Notes: a model not told the origin generated them from the letters alone. 34,655 bases of DNA from Neolecta irregularis DAH-3 (GCA_001929475.1 LXFE01003412.1:1-34655), one strand, 5' to 3'. Numbered from the stretch's first letter, positions 12,485 to 23,555 are shown. Translations and numbers: made by a program.

Positions 12485-12598
12485 CGTCTAGAGAAGACCG
12501 CAGATGAGGATGTGGATGAGGGTTGGGTGGGACTGGCAGGGGTTGGTGGAGAGAAACAAAAAAGCGGCAGCGGAGACCGGATTGGAATCAAAATAACC

Positions 12599-12656
12599 AC
12601 GCGTCATACCGCGCCGACACCAAGGCCAGCGACTATTTGGGCGAAGAAGCACGCGT
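12599..12656. promoter_or_regulatory. Two MCB (MluI cell-cycle box, ACGCGT) elements upstream of the FHA gene
   Basis: ACGCGT at 12599-12604 and 12651-12656, about 115 and 167 nt upstream of ATG 12484, in the divergent promoter shared with the acyl-CoA synthetase. Confidence 0.55.
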
Positions 12657-12981
12657 ATACGGACAGAGCGAGGCCTGACCCGGCTGGTGGTGGTGTGTTC
12701 ACAAAGGCTAGCGGTTGGAAGAAAGCATGTTGTCTGAAATTCTCCTCAGAAATGAACCTGCGCCTTTGCTGTCTGCCAGCTTTGTCCTTCCTTTTGCCTC
12801 GATTCGCGGTGCGGTCCAACTGGTCTGTACCAACCAATATCCAGGTGGAATGTGCCTCATGGTGGAGTGTAGTCTGTGACGCAGGACCCAGGAGCGGGTG
12901 GCGCTGGTGTGGCGCATACGTACCAATGTCTGACAACCCCGCGCCCACCAGGCGGTGGCGTCAGCCTCCAGCAACTTTAAA

Positions 12982-15344
12982 ATGACCAGCTACGCTGAAG
13001 CCGCCTCCGCTCTCCTCGCCATGCCTAAGGTGCGTTTTTCCCGTAGCCCTGTCTTCTTATCCGGTAGCAACTTTCTATTGAAGTCGGCCCCTACGACGTT
13101 CTCGAGAATGAATCGCGCATCAGACGCAACGTTCTCGCTAAAGACGCCCTCATTGAGACCGTGTACCCGGAAGTAAAAACTAGCTACGATGTCCTCTCAT
13201 GGGCCGCAAAAACATGGGGAGACAAAAAATGTCTTGGCTGGCGGAGAGTCATCAAAACCCATGTCGAAGAAAAGAAGATCCGTCGAAAGGACGGTCAGGA
13301 GACTGTCAAAAAATGGCAGTTTTTCGAATTAAGCGGCTACTCGTATCTTTCGTTCGTGCAAGTCCGTGAAAAAACCCTCATCTGGGGTTGTGGGCTCAAG
13401 ACCTTGGGCTTGAACAGGGGCGACAAAGTTCAGATATATGCCGCCACAAGTAAGGAGTGGTTCATGATGAGTCAAGGTGTGTGTCCTTTGTTGCTGCTTT
13501 TCACCATTTAGCTTGCAACACTCAATCTCTCCCAATAGTCACAGCCTACGATACACTTGGAGAGTCCGGACTGACCCATTCACTCGTAGAAACCAGTGCA
13601 AAGGCCATCTTTTGCGATGGTATTCTTCTCCCATCTCTTCTTCGACCACTGGAAAAAGCCGAGGATGTGAAATTCATTATTCATACCGGCGACGTCAAGC
13701 AGGAAGACATCGACGCTCTCAAATTGAAGCATGAACGACTAACTATCCTCTCTCTTGAAGGCCTTGAAAAAGCGGGACAAGAACATCTGATTGCCCCAGA
13801 TCCCCCAAGCCCAGATGATCTATGCTGTATCATGTACACGTCAGGTTCGACTGGACCACCAAAAGGAGTTATCCAAACTCACAAGAATGTTGTTGCATCG
13901 CGTATGTTTTCATATACATGATATTTCGTACTGACGCTCCGAAAGTAAGTGGCGTTAACGCATTAATCGGCGATCAAATCACTTCAAGCGATGCTTTACT
14001 TACATATCTTCCGCTCGCTCACATTCTTGAATTTGTCTGTGAATTAACCTGTGTTTTCTGGGGTGCGGTTATGGGTTATGGCTCGGTGAAGACTATTTCC
14101 GATGCTTCCGTTCGAAATTGCAAAGGCGATATCCGAGAATTCAGACCTACGGTTATGGTCGGGTGAGGCCACTCGCTCATTCCTGGTTCAGGTTCATGAT
14201 TTAGTGTTCCAGCTGTTTGGGAACAGGTCAAAAAGGGAATTCAGAGCAAAGTCGAAGAATCGGGCGGTTTGCGGAAAAAGTTATTCTGGGGTGCATTTGC
14301 GGCAAAAGGCTTCTTGAAACAATATGGATTGCCAGGATCTTTCATTTTCGATCAACTTGTCTTCAAGAAAGTCAAAGAGGCTACTGGTGGTCGGCTCAAG
14401 ATAGTTCTGAGCGGCGGTGCTCCAATCTCCAACGAAACTCAACACTTTATTTCAATTGCTATTTGCCCAATGATCATTGGATACGGAATGACCGAGACTG
14501 CCGCGTATGTTGACTCTCTTCTCTTGCTAAAATAAAGAATGTGTAGTCTCATGAGGCCACGACATCATACGATTGGAACAGTAGGAGAACCAGTACCTTG
14601 TGTCGAGATTAAATTGGTCAGTGTACCTGATGCAGGTTATCATGCTCCGGTGTTTGGTGAACTCTGGCTTCGAGGCCCGAGCGTCACTTCTGGCTACTTC
14701 AACCGTGACGAGGAAACCAAAGAAAGTTTCAGCGATGACGGCTGGTTCAAGACTGGTGATATTGGGACTTTTAAAGAAGGTGGACAATTGGTCCTTGTCG
14801 ATCGGAAGAAGAATCTTGTGAAAACTCTTAATGGGGAATATATTGCTCTTGAAAAAGTTTGGCCTATTTATATTAAAGACTAACAGGCTAGCTTGAAAGT
14901 ATTTATCGGTCAACTCCAGAAGTCGCTAATATCTGCGTCTATGCAGATCAATCAAAAGGTATTCTAATGTCTTGTAAATAATACGTCTGACTGCTATAGT
15001 TAAACCTATAGCCATCATCGTTCCTGCCGAAGCCGCCTTGAAAAAAGTGGCATCTGAAGAAGGCGTCACCGGTGAGTTAGAAGAGTTGGTCCTCAGCGAA
15101 AAGATTATTAAAGCAGTTCATAACAAAGTCCTTGCTCAGGGTAAAAAAGGCGGTCTTTCCGGAATTGAACTACTTCAAAATGTGGTTCTTGTATCCGATG
15201 AATTTACCCCGCAAAATGAATGCGTCCTTTACCTGATTTACTTTTCTAATTTTTCAGGGACTTGTCACCTCTGCTCAAAAATTAAATCGAAAGGCAATTT
15301 TGGAAACGTACAAGGATGAGGTTAAGAAGGCCTATGAAGATTAG
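12982..15344 (+). CDS. FAA1: Long-chain fatty acyl-CoA synthetase (Faa1/Lcf1 family), 9 exons; start at ATG 12982 or in-frame ATG 13021
   Basis: AMP-binding IMYTSGSTGPPKGV, YLPLAHILE, GYGMTET, DGWFKTGDIG, DRKKNLVKTLNGEYIALEK-LESIY and C-terminal GLVTSAQKLNRK. Eight short introns. Confidence 0.96.
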
Positions 15345-16030
15345 ACATTTTGACTTGAATCACGTGTTACGTCTTGCAATATGTTTGTCATTTTTATTTC
15401 CGATTTTATTAATGTCTTGATATGTTTTAGAAATATTCATTCATAGAAGAGAAGATTATATGATGTCTTGTATGATCCCATTACTCTTTTGCTTTACGGG
15501 TTCATTTTCTTTCCTCAAGAATGCATGGTATAGTAACATGAAAATTCTGCCAACTTATCTCTTGATGGAGTGCTTTTTCACCCCACAAGAGCAGCAGCTT
15601 TCATCTTCACCAACACCATATTAATTGAGGTTAATAAGTGGATATATGGGATTACTAAAGAACGTCAATTGGCTAATTTCTCACTGCCTTGTATGTCAGA
15701 TGAATTGCTAGAGCAAAGTGTAAGGATATATCCAGGGTATTACTGGATATATCTTACCAATGGAGCAAGTGGCAGAAAAGAAATAACAGCAATTGTATTT
15801 AGAAAGTATATCAAGACTAAGCTGGCATACCTTAACCTAAGCTCATAAAGTCTACAAGCTTAGATTAAGGAATATAACCTAGTCTTATTTGGAGCTCAAC
15901 ACGTTACACAAAGTCTGAGCACCATTAGCTGCTATTGTTGCTACTTGTGCATTGGAAAGAATTCAAATCGATCTCCGTGATATGCGACATCAGCCTGATA
16001 GTCACTATAAATGGGTACTTAATATCAAAG

Positions 16031-16098
16031 GGTGAGGTTGGTGGATTCATCAGGTAGGACGATCACAGATTTGGTGGTGAGGTTGGACGATTCCTCAG
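16031..16098. repeat. Imperfect 23-bp direct repeat
   Basis: ggtgaggttggtggattcatcag (16031) versus ggtgaggttggacgattcctcag (16076). Confidence 0.6.
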
Positions 16099-16226
16099 AT
16101 GGGACAGAACAACTGTGATACAGGAAAGGAAAGGTCTCTCAGACAACCACTTCTGCGCATATGTAAGTTCTACTTAAACAGAAGACTCCCAGCAAGAAAT
16201 TCCGGTGGCGGAGTAGACAAACAGGG

Positions 16227-16895
16227 TCATTTACGTTTGTAGATGCTAATCATATCCAGTTCTCCTACGTTGTAGTGATATTTCATCGGTTTCTCAAAAT
16301 AGACTCTCTCGAACTTATCGCTCAAAAGTGCTTCATAAAGCTCCGGAGATAACGTAAAAGGAGGACCACCGCAATGTACGTCCAATGGATGCTGTAAGGC
16401 GATTAAAAGACCACCAGATCTTATCAACTCAGACATCCGTTTGGCCCAATTATTCCGCAATGAGGGCTGCAGTGCACAAAGAAACTTGAGGTTAGTGAGG
16501 AGAGAAATTTGTTTTATTTTGCGTACGGTATAATCATAGACCAAATCAAATGTATCTTTACACCAAGCTTCCGAACTCAAGAAGAAGTTACCGACTACAA
16601 AAGAGACCTTGTCGTTGGTATTTCGTTCCTGTGCCTCAGATATAGGGATTTCGCTTACATCAAGACCAATCATCTCCTCAACTCCTGGAATTCCATTAGC
16701 TAGGGCAGCCAAATCATAGCCACGCCCGCAGCCAGGAACGAGAATACGACGTGATGGCGGAAAATCATATTTTCCCAAAAGTTCAGTTAGAGCAGGTGAG
16801 GCGATTCCACGATCGAATGGCGTAAAGGACTTCTTCCACAGAGCCTTCCAGGCATGTGGCTGATTTTCCAGAACATTTTGTGATAGTGAGGACAT
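16227..16895 (-). CDS. SAM-dependent thiol/halide methyltransferase (TPMT/HOL-like family), 2 exons
   Basis: W..LW...TPFDRG..SPAL, motif I LVPGCGRGYD, GGPPF. Removing an in-frame 42-nt GT-AG intron (16485-16526, branch CTAAC) restores the conserved YDYTFLCAL. Confidence 0.88.
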   Translation of the reverse strand: MSSLSQNVLENQPHAWKALWKKSFTPFDRGIASPALTELLGKYDFPPSRRILVPGCGRGYDLAALANGIPGVEEMIGLDVSEIPISEAQERNTNDKVSFVVGNFFLSSEAWCKDTFDLVYDYTVRKIKQISLLTNLKFLCALQPSLRNNWAKRMSELIRSGGLLIALQHPLDVHCGGPPFTLSPELYEALLSDKFERVYFEKPMKYHYNVGELDMISIYKRK

Positions 16896-17008
16896 GATAA
16901 AAGTTTGTAGTTGTAGTTGGGTAGTAATAGGTTGGTTGTTTCTTGGTGAGCACAGTAGTATTGGTGTAAGCTATGCGCTGAGAAGTACGATAAGACCAAG
17001 TGTTATAA

Positions 17009-17063
17009 CTAGCCTAAGTATTCGTGCTTCTTAAAAAGGGACATACCTAGCCTAAGTATTCGT
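17009..17063. repeat. 17-bp perfect direct repeat upstream of the methyltransferase
   Basis: ctagcctaagtattcgt at 17009-17025 and 17047-17063. Confidence 0.75.
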
Positions 17064-17635
17064 ACGTGGCTAGGAATATCTAACTTCCGCCTTTATATAC
17101 TTCCGGTCAAGCCACTTTGCTGTATTGGTAAGATATACCCTTTGGGTATATCCTTACAATTAGGCTTCCGGATCTTTGGAGATCTGAGTACAGAAGAATA
17201 GTAATATGATTGACTGTCTAACAGGAGAGGAAATAGGCCCCATTTTATAGCCGTTGCTGGCAAGGCAGATAGTAATTGAAATAAGCTGAGACTGAGAAGA
17301 GAGACGGAAGCAGCTTGACGGCGAGGAGGAGTTGTAGAGCTGTCTCGTCAACAAAAATCCATGGGTTGAAAAAGTGAAATACGAGATGGGGAAGTGTTCA
17401 GAACTCGTTGAAATTTCATTGGCTCCGCAACACTGGCTAGGTGGTGATAACCTTTAGGATATGACTGGGGATGTTGAACATGACATGTCTCCTGGGTGTT
17501 TCAGAGCTGACACACTTGTAGCTCCACAGTTGCTGTTCCGACTTCGACATACGACAAGCCAAGATCGAATAATGGGTGAACTGTTTCACCGTGTTTATTA
17601 AACACAGCAGCAATGCCAATGGGGTTAGATAATTT

Positions 17636-18740
17636 TCATCCCCATAACTTCATTTTCTTAGCATGTGGAATTGATTGATTTCATCTTACTTACAGCCAGC
17701 TGTTCTGAATCAGGTTTTGTATCTCGTGGAGAAAGGTCCCATTTCAGGACATATGTGCGCATCCTCTGGTTCAGAAAATTTTTGAAGTAGAGGAACAAGA
17801 ACATGTCTATGCACTTCGGCTCGAGAATCAAATGCATAGTATGCAAAGAATGAAGCACTGGTTAGCGCTGTGAGACTCAGAATTACATCGTTCAAGTGGA
17901 GGGGCACTATATACTCCACTGCCCTTATCATGCAAACCACCAACCCTAATAGTGAGGATATCGAGGACATATCCTTACAATTGGTCTTTGCACCAAGAGA
18001 AGTTGATAACCTTTCACTAATATCCATCACAATTCAATTGAATCACTCAATTATCATATTCAAAAACCTCCAGTTTATCCAGAGCCTTCAGATCCCTCAA
18101 ATCTCTCCGATCTCTCCCCCCAAAGAAAGCCTCACCCTCCCTGAACCCCCTTGGCAAATCAATGCCCCTCACCCAAGACTCCTTCGTGGAAGCTGCGGTC
18201 GCCCGACGCAGGCCTACTCCCGTTGATCGGTCTCCCAAAGGATAGAAGGGTCTCGTCCCTGCCCTCCTGCCATCCCAACCTGCTGCCTCGTTCGGTAGAT
18301 CGGCTCGTACGCCTGCAGTCAGCACTACACCTCCCAATCGCGATTCACCCACCTGCAGCTGGTGCTTCATCGTCTTTCCATACCCACGGACAGCCGCCGG
18401 CTCTGCACAAACATCATGCTCTTGGCACACTGCTACCAACAGCGACCATGCGCCACCCCAGTACGCACCCCTTCATCTCCGTAATAAACCCCACACATAT
18501 CGCAGCACTCTACGTTTTCCCGTCCGCGCAAAACAGCATCACCTTGCCCGCGCACCCGCCCATCTCATCCACTAGCCGCTGTCTGCGGGGGAGGCCAGGT
18601 GGAGAGGGCTGCGGGGACGATAGTGGGCAGGACGTTTGAGCGCAGGTTGGGGACAAAGTGGAAGGAGAAGACAGCAGAGGGCAGCAGGGCGAGGTAGATG
18701 GGGGCGGCGCAGAAGAATGCAAATTAATATAATGGTTCAT
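17636..18740 (-). CDS. Hypothetical multi-intron orphan gene or pseudogene (5' end unresolved)
   Basis: Successive GT-AG introns at 18313-18352, 18214-18279, 18141-18172, 18011-18067, 17946-17978 and 17858-17886, plus a GTAAGT donor at 17693, keep one frame: ...KHQLQ-AYEPIYRTRQQ-ACVGRPQLPRRSLG-EGEAFFGG...LKALDKLE-VINFSWCKDQ-LVGGLHD...LER-LLHSLHTM...SEQLA. Confidence 0.4.
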
Positions 18741-19297
18741 ACTATCTAATCCAAGGTAATATGGCCCCTTTAGGCCCATATCACCTTCTGACATTCAGTG
18801 GTGGTCACTTGCCCCAAGAAGCCCCACTTAAAGTAGACGTCCTACCCCGGACTTTTGAGTCTATCGTTTATTTTGAGGCAGTGCACGTCAAATGCACATC
18901 TTAAGCATTTCAGCCAGGGGAGGTTCATGCATCATGGCCTTGTTAAGTTTGAGAAATAAGATTTCAATTCAAGTATTCTGTTCACTCTTCGAGACTTGCT
19001 GTATTCATTCCGTCGGTGATGTACTTGAACTTGTCAAGGCGTCTTACAACCTCATCTATTCAATGATTTACACTTTAAATCTGGCCAATGACCTTGGCAC
19101 ACCTCAACTTGAGGCCTCTTACGGCTTCCCTATTCCTTAAGATGCTACCCCGCTGATATAGTGCTTCGCTTCTAAGGCCGCTTCGTTATTTAAGAATTAA
19201 TGTTACTCGGCGTCATTGGTAATGGAGCCTTTTTCTCCCCACTTCTTCGTGTATAAGAATGTAGCTGTTCCCCCATTCTGAAGCACTGTCTTCAGCC

Positions 19298-19782
19298 ATG
19301 CAGTTCACTTCTCTCATTGCTATCGCGGCTACTCTTGCTGCCGCCGCCCCAAATGACTGGATTTGTACTGGTTTCTCGATTGAATAATTCTCACATTTCA
19401 GCATACCCAGAGTGTATTGAGTACCCAATCGGTGTTACCGCTTATACCGTTGTCGACTCTTGGGTTTTCACTCATATCGAAAGTTACTACCATAATCATG
19501 ATGTCACTGTCATCTCTGAGGCTGATATCACCACTCACATTATCTCTGTTATCCGTATGCTTCTTTTTTCTGAATATCATCTAACCCTGTATAGCCCACA
19601 AGATCTTATATATCCCATACGACAGTGATTCCACCTGCGTGGTATATGTGCCTGATGATTACCACGAACGACGCGGATCCCATATCCTAAACTTCTGCAA
19701 GGACTTGATCCACAAATGGCACGAGAAGATGCACCACCTCCATTCGCACTGGGATCATTGGAAGGCCCAGCATGGATTTTAA
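19298..19782 (+). CDS. 137-aa histidine-rich small secreted protein, 3 exons
   Basis: Signal peptide MQFTSLIAIAATLAAA-APND. Introns 19371-19401 and 19555-19594 (GTATGC...CTAAC...TAG) give a 414-nt frame. 4 Cys. C-terminus IHKWHEKMHHLHSHWDHWKAQHGF. TATA-like TATAAG at 19252. Confidence 0.8.
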
Positions 19783-20233
19783 ATCCCCGATATAGATCTT
19801 TTCAAATAGAGCTCTCTTGTAGAGTCGGCCCCATTTTTCGTGGGTCGATCAAGTTTATTTGTGGAGGGGTAGAGATATACCGTTATTTCTAAAATTGATC
19901 CCATTTGGGCTATTTGTTGCACCTTCTTTCGAGTGACCGATTTATGTTAATGGGATTTAGTTGTAAGAGGGCATCCGCAGTTGTTTTCATTATAGCATGG
20001 CCACTTGTTTATTTGTCCCTGATTAGACAAAACTCTATATAATGGTGTTTAAATTATCTGCCTTATCATCGCTCCCTACACCTCGGTTTCTAGAACAGTT
20101 CCCAGTTCAGAGCTGCGTTACATCGAATAATACGAAAATATTTACTAATCTCGAATTTCGCGAGCCCGTGTTGTTTGATAAACGCAACTCTTGTGTATTA
20201 TAGATGATGCCCATCCGTTTTGTTGTATTCTTA

Positions 20234-20955
20234 TTATATTCGCGCTTTTACTGGCATATTTTCAAGTGCGGACAAATTTCTTTGACCGTCGTTAAACGGT
20301 GTGAGAAACTCACGTATCATTGCTATGGATTTCTCATCTTGGGGTATACAATGTCCACCGGTAAATCGAACGACTTTCGGCTCCAGGCAATTCCGTACAA
20401 GTGCCTCGGATTTCGCATTTGGAATAACATAATCTTGATTTCCCATAAAATGTAGACTTGGTGTCTGAATGATGTGTTGATAAAAGTCTGGTCGATGTGT
20501 TAATAGAAACCCTGTGAAGAAGAGGACGAATCGAAATGGAGGGTGAACTGGGATACGAAAGTGCGACAATTGCTTGCGTTCAAACATGGAGATAAGAGCT
20601 CCTGCGAGGCATGCGCCCATGCTGAATCCCAGTATCCCGTCAAAAGGACCTTGTGTTTCGACAACATGAAAGACCGATCGAAACGATGTTTCGAGACCGA
20701 TATATTGATTTTCCTCGGTCACCCACCAAGTATACGCTTTCACGTCTTCGCCATTTGGGCTTTTTGGAGGTACCATTAGGTATTCAGACGCGATTTTAAG
20801 TGGCGAAGAAATACATATAAATTCAACTTCCGGAAACCTGGAAATTAACCCTGCAATTTTTTTTCGAAAAAATGGACCGCTCTGATTGCGTTAGTGAAAG
20901 TGAGGTAAAGTAAATAGAGTACTTGGTGATATCCATGAAGACAGAGAACGCGCAT
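20234..20955 (-). CDS. FSH1: Serine hydrolase of FSH1/OVCA2 family, 2 exons
   Basis: MRVLCLHGYHQ-SGPFFRKK after one intron; GPFDGILGFSMGA nucleophile elbow; PSLHFMGNQDYVIP; GGHCIP catalytic His. Confidence 0.9.
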
Positions 20956-21707
20956 TGGATGAAGCTAAATCTGGGACTTTTTTTAAATCAAGGGCAAGAA
21001 TTTGTGAAACATTGTTGTATACGATGATCTATTTGATGATGCAGTTGTGGAACAGAATTCCCTGGACGGAGGAGCTTCGAGACCTGATATCAAGTTCTAG
21101 ACATTTCTAAACGATAGGTGATGTGATATATTCAAAGGATTTAGATTTTCCACCTCCATTGGACGAATATGAGATGGTGAGATTCTAGTGAATCATTTCC
21201 ATTGTCACTGCTTTGTCAAGTCAACAAAATTGTTGAATTTGTACCAGCTTGATGCATATAATATGAAATTAAATATTGGTAATCCAAATGGACATTGTAG
21301 GGACCAGGTTAAAATTTCATTATATTTTATTCCCAAGATCGGAATATCCAGCTGATTCCGTAATGAACAGGTTTTTTTGTAAAGTTTCCTTAAGGGATGT
21401 GCCGCTAGGGTGAATGCATCCAATGAAGGTTCAGCATTGTATATATGGATATGAACAGTCAAACCACGGCCATGATTGGAACAGATACTCTTGAGAATAT
21501 ATGAGTCAAGAGCAAGTTAAAGGGGAACCAAGTATGTGAGGGAGGGCGAGGATTAAGTTGTTTCAGAAATAGCTGCGGCGCGCGACCTAGCCTAATGTAG
21601 AAATATACATACGACATCATTTCCGCACCCACTTTTCTTCTCCACCGAATGATCACCAGGATATAGAAAACCTTTGCCAATTCAACGAGAGCTTACCCCG
21701 TACTATA

Positions 21708-23009
21708 ATGGGGAACAAAAGAAATAGCCGGGCGAGTACTGCTTATTCGTCTTTCCGGCGGAACCAACAAAACAAAAAATGTATTACGACGTCACCTTGT
21801 ACAATCAATTCTCGTCAGTCTGCGTGTGACAGCGATGACGAGCACGATGAGATATCAGGAGACGAGATGGATGTGGAATGCCCCAATTGTGGGGTGTTCT
21901 GCCGCTGCCGACAGTGTATGTTGCTGCAGAGTGAAAAATCCGAGCCCGATGATGAGGGAGAGACAGATACTGAGCGGGAGGAGGAGCGGTATCCTGGGCA
22001 GGAGGGAATGGATCAAATGTCTGATGGGAGCGAGTCAATTCGCAGTGTTGTTCGATTCCGGCCGCTGCAGAGCGACGAGAAGACAATTTTTGCAATTGAA
22101 ATTCCGTCCGCTGCGACAACTGACAACGACGGGGACGAAGACGGGCTTGATTTCGGCGACGATGTGTCAGAGGAAGATTTTTTCTTTGACGAGGATCTGA
22201 TGATTCCGCCGCTAGAAAGCACGGTTGAGGCTGAGGGACTAGCGCTGGAGGAGGTTGACCAGTACGAGCTGCTGTTTCATGCCGAGACTAGCGACTCGGA
22301 CGATGACGAACCCGACTCGGACGACGACGACGACGATGCGGACGATGATGAGTCAGCAGAAGACATTGTCGGATGGGACTGTTTCCTCACAGACTCGGAC
22401 AGCGAAGACAGCGGATCAGGAGCGACCACGGACGACGAGCAGGCCACCGGCGCACCGCCACATGCACCGCCGCCCGGTGTGTGGCTGTGCTCGCCGCGCA
22501 CGATTGTTGGCTCAGCGGGCTGCGGGCGTGCACCGCCACTGCTTGCGAGCTGGGCGTGGCCGTGCGGGCGCGCCTACAGCCTGCTGGACGGCAGCTCCAC
22601 CGTCTACGTTTACCCGCCACCACCGCCACCGCCATCGACGCCACACACATTGCCACATAACGCAAACCCCCGCACCGCCTCGCCTGACCTTGATCTCTTT
22701 TTTGAAATACCACCCGACTCGCTTTCTGCGTCCACTTGCCCCGAACACCGCGATCTGCGGCGCTGGGACAAAATCCCAATCAACGTATTCCGCACCCGCC
22801 AGCTGCCGTCGCCGTCTCCCCGCCGAGGCATCCTCAAACCCGCATCTGCAAAGCGCAGGAACAAAAAGATCACGCACCCCCGCAAGAAAAAGAGCCGTGT
22901 CGCAAAGCGCAGCGACCTCCTCGAGATCAAAAGCCCGCGCGATTTCAAAGGCGACACTACCGCCCTCGGCATCGAACTTGCTCCCCTCTTTGGCTCCTTT
23001 GATGTATAA
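21708..23009 (+). CDS. Acidic nuclear protein, probable Ifh1/Crf1-family ribosomal-protein-gene co-regulator
   Basis: Intronless 433-aa ORF. Very acidic middle. GATTDDE followed by PLLASW....AYSLLDGSST resembles the Ifh1/Crf1 forkhead-binding (CRF1) region (ESTDED...LGTW...IIDGLST, from memory). Basic NLS-like C-terminus. Confidence 0.6.
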   Translation: MGNKRNSRASTAYSSFRRNQQNKKCITTSPCTINSRQSACDSDDEHDEISGDEMDVECPNCGVFCRCRQCMLLQSEKSEPDDEGETDTEREEERYPGQEGMDQMSDGSESIRSVVRFRPLQSDEKTIFAIEIPSAATTDNDGDEDGLDFGDDVSEEDFFFDEDLMIPPLESTVEAEGLALEEVDQYELLFHAETSDSDDDEPDSDDDDDDADDDESAEDIVGWDCFLTDSDSEDSGSGATTDDEQATGAPPHAPPPGVWLCSPRTIVGSAGCGRAPPLLASWAWPCGRAYSLLDGSSTVYVYPPPPPPPSTPHTLPHNANPRTASPDLDLFFEIPPDSLSASTCPEHRDLRRWDKIPINVFRTRQLPSPSPRRGILKPASAKRRNKKITHPRKKKSRVAKRSDLLEIKSPRDFKGDTTALGIELAPLFGSFDV

Positions 23010-23555
23010 ATGGACATCCTTGTTTCTTCACTTTGACGGCCGGTTTGCTGGATATCACGGATCATATGTGTTATTTACTCCATATACTGTTCAGTCTTCA
23101 TTTTCATCCTTTGCTTCATTCATGTCTGGTTGTTTTGTAAATTCAAAAAGTCGTCTATATTGCTGCAACTCGAGTATAGAGTATATATTTCATGTCACTG
23201 ATTCTTGACACGACGGCAGCAGATCCCTCTTCCTGTTTAAGTGGTCCAGAGATTTAGTATTACCTTGTGTAGATATATGGATATGCCACACTATATCCAC
23301 TCAGCTTGCCCACACTTATTTCAGCATCAATAGGACGAACAGCTTCCCAGCCTTTTTAGACAATTACCGTATTCAGTCGTCAAAATGAAGGCTAAGACTC
23401 CTACAGGTATCTTATGAAGGGAGGGACATACCTAATTTGTGGACACGATTATCCACCATCCTCCCACATTCGACCCCCAGAGCCTATAGCATTGCACATC
23501 ATCGATACTACTTGCCATTAGTTGGTTAGTGGCCAGAGCGGAGTACGACTATGAC

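Noticed and set aside
12467-12985. ORFs of 172, 114 and 88 aa in the divergent promoter
   Set aside because: GC-rich intergenic DNA with non-protein-like translations and mostly non-ATG starts.
15570-15848. 92-aa ORF downstream of FAA1
   Set aside because: GTG start, AT-rich, no motif or splice support.
16031-17063. Short direct repeats as a CRISPR-like array or LTR
   Set aside because: Only two copies each, eukaryotic context, and no associated cas, RT or transposase sequence.
21205-21680. Minus-strand ORFs of 85 and 73 aa
   Set aside because: Short, AT-rich, non-ATG starts; they lie in the FSH1/Crf1 divergent promoter region.
5532-23009. FPR1, FHA protein and Ifh1/Crf1-like gene as a TORC1/ribosome-biogenesis cluster
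   Set aside because: Not adjacent. The FHA protein has no forkhead DNA-binding domain, so it is not Fhl1. No evidence of co-regulation.
22255-23208. 317-aa overlapping ORF and several antisense ORFs
   Set aside because: Shadow frames of the GC-rich, GAC-repeat-containing Crf1-like gene.
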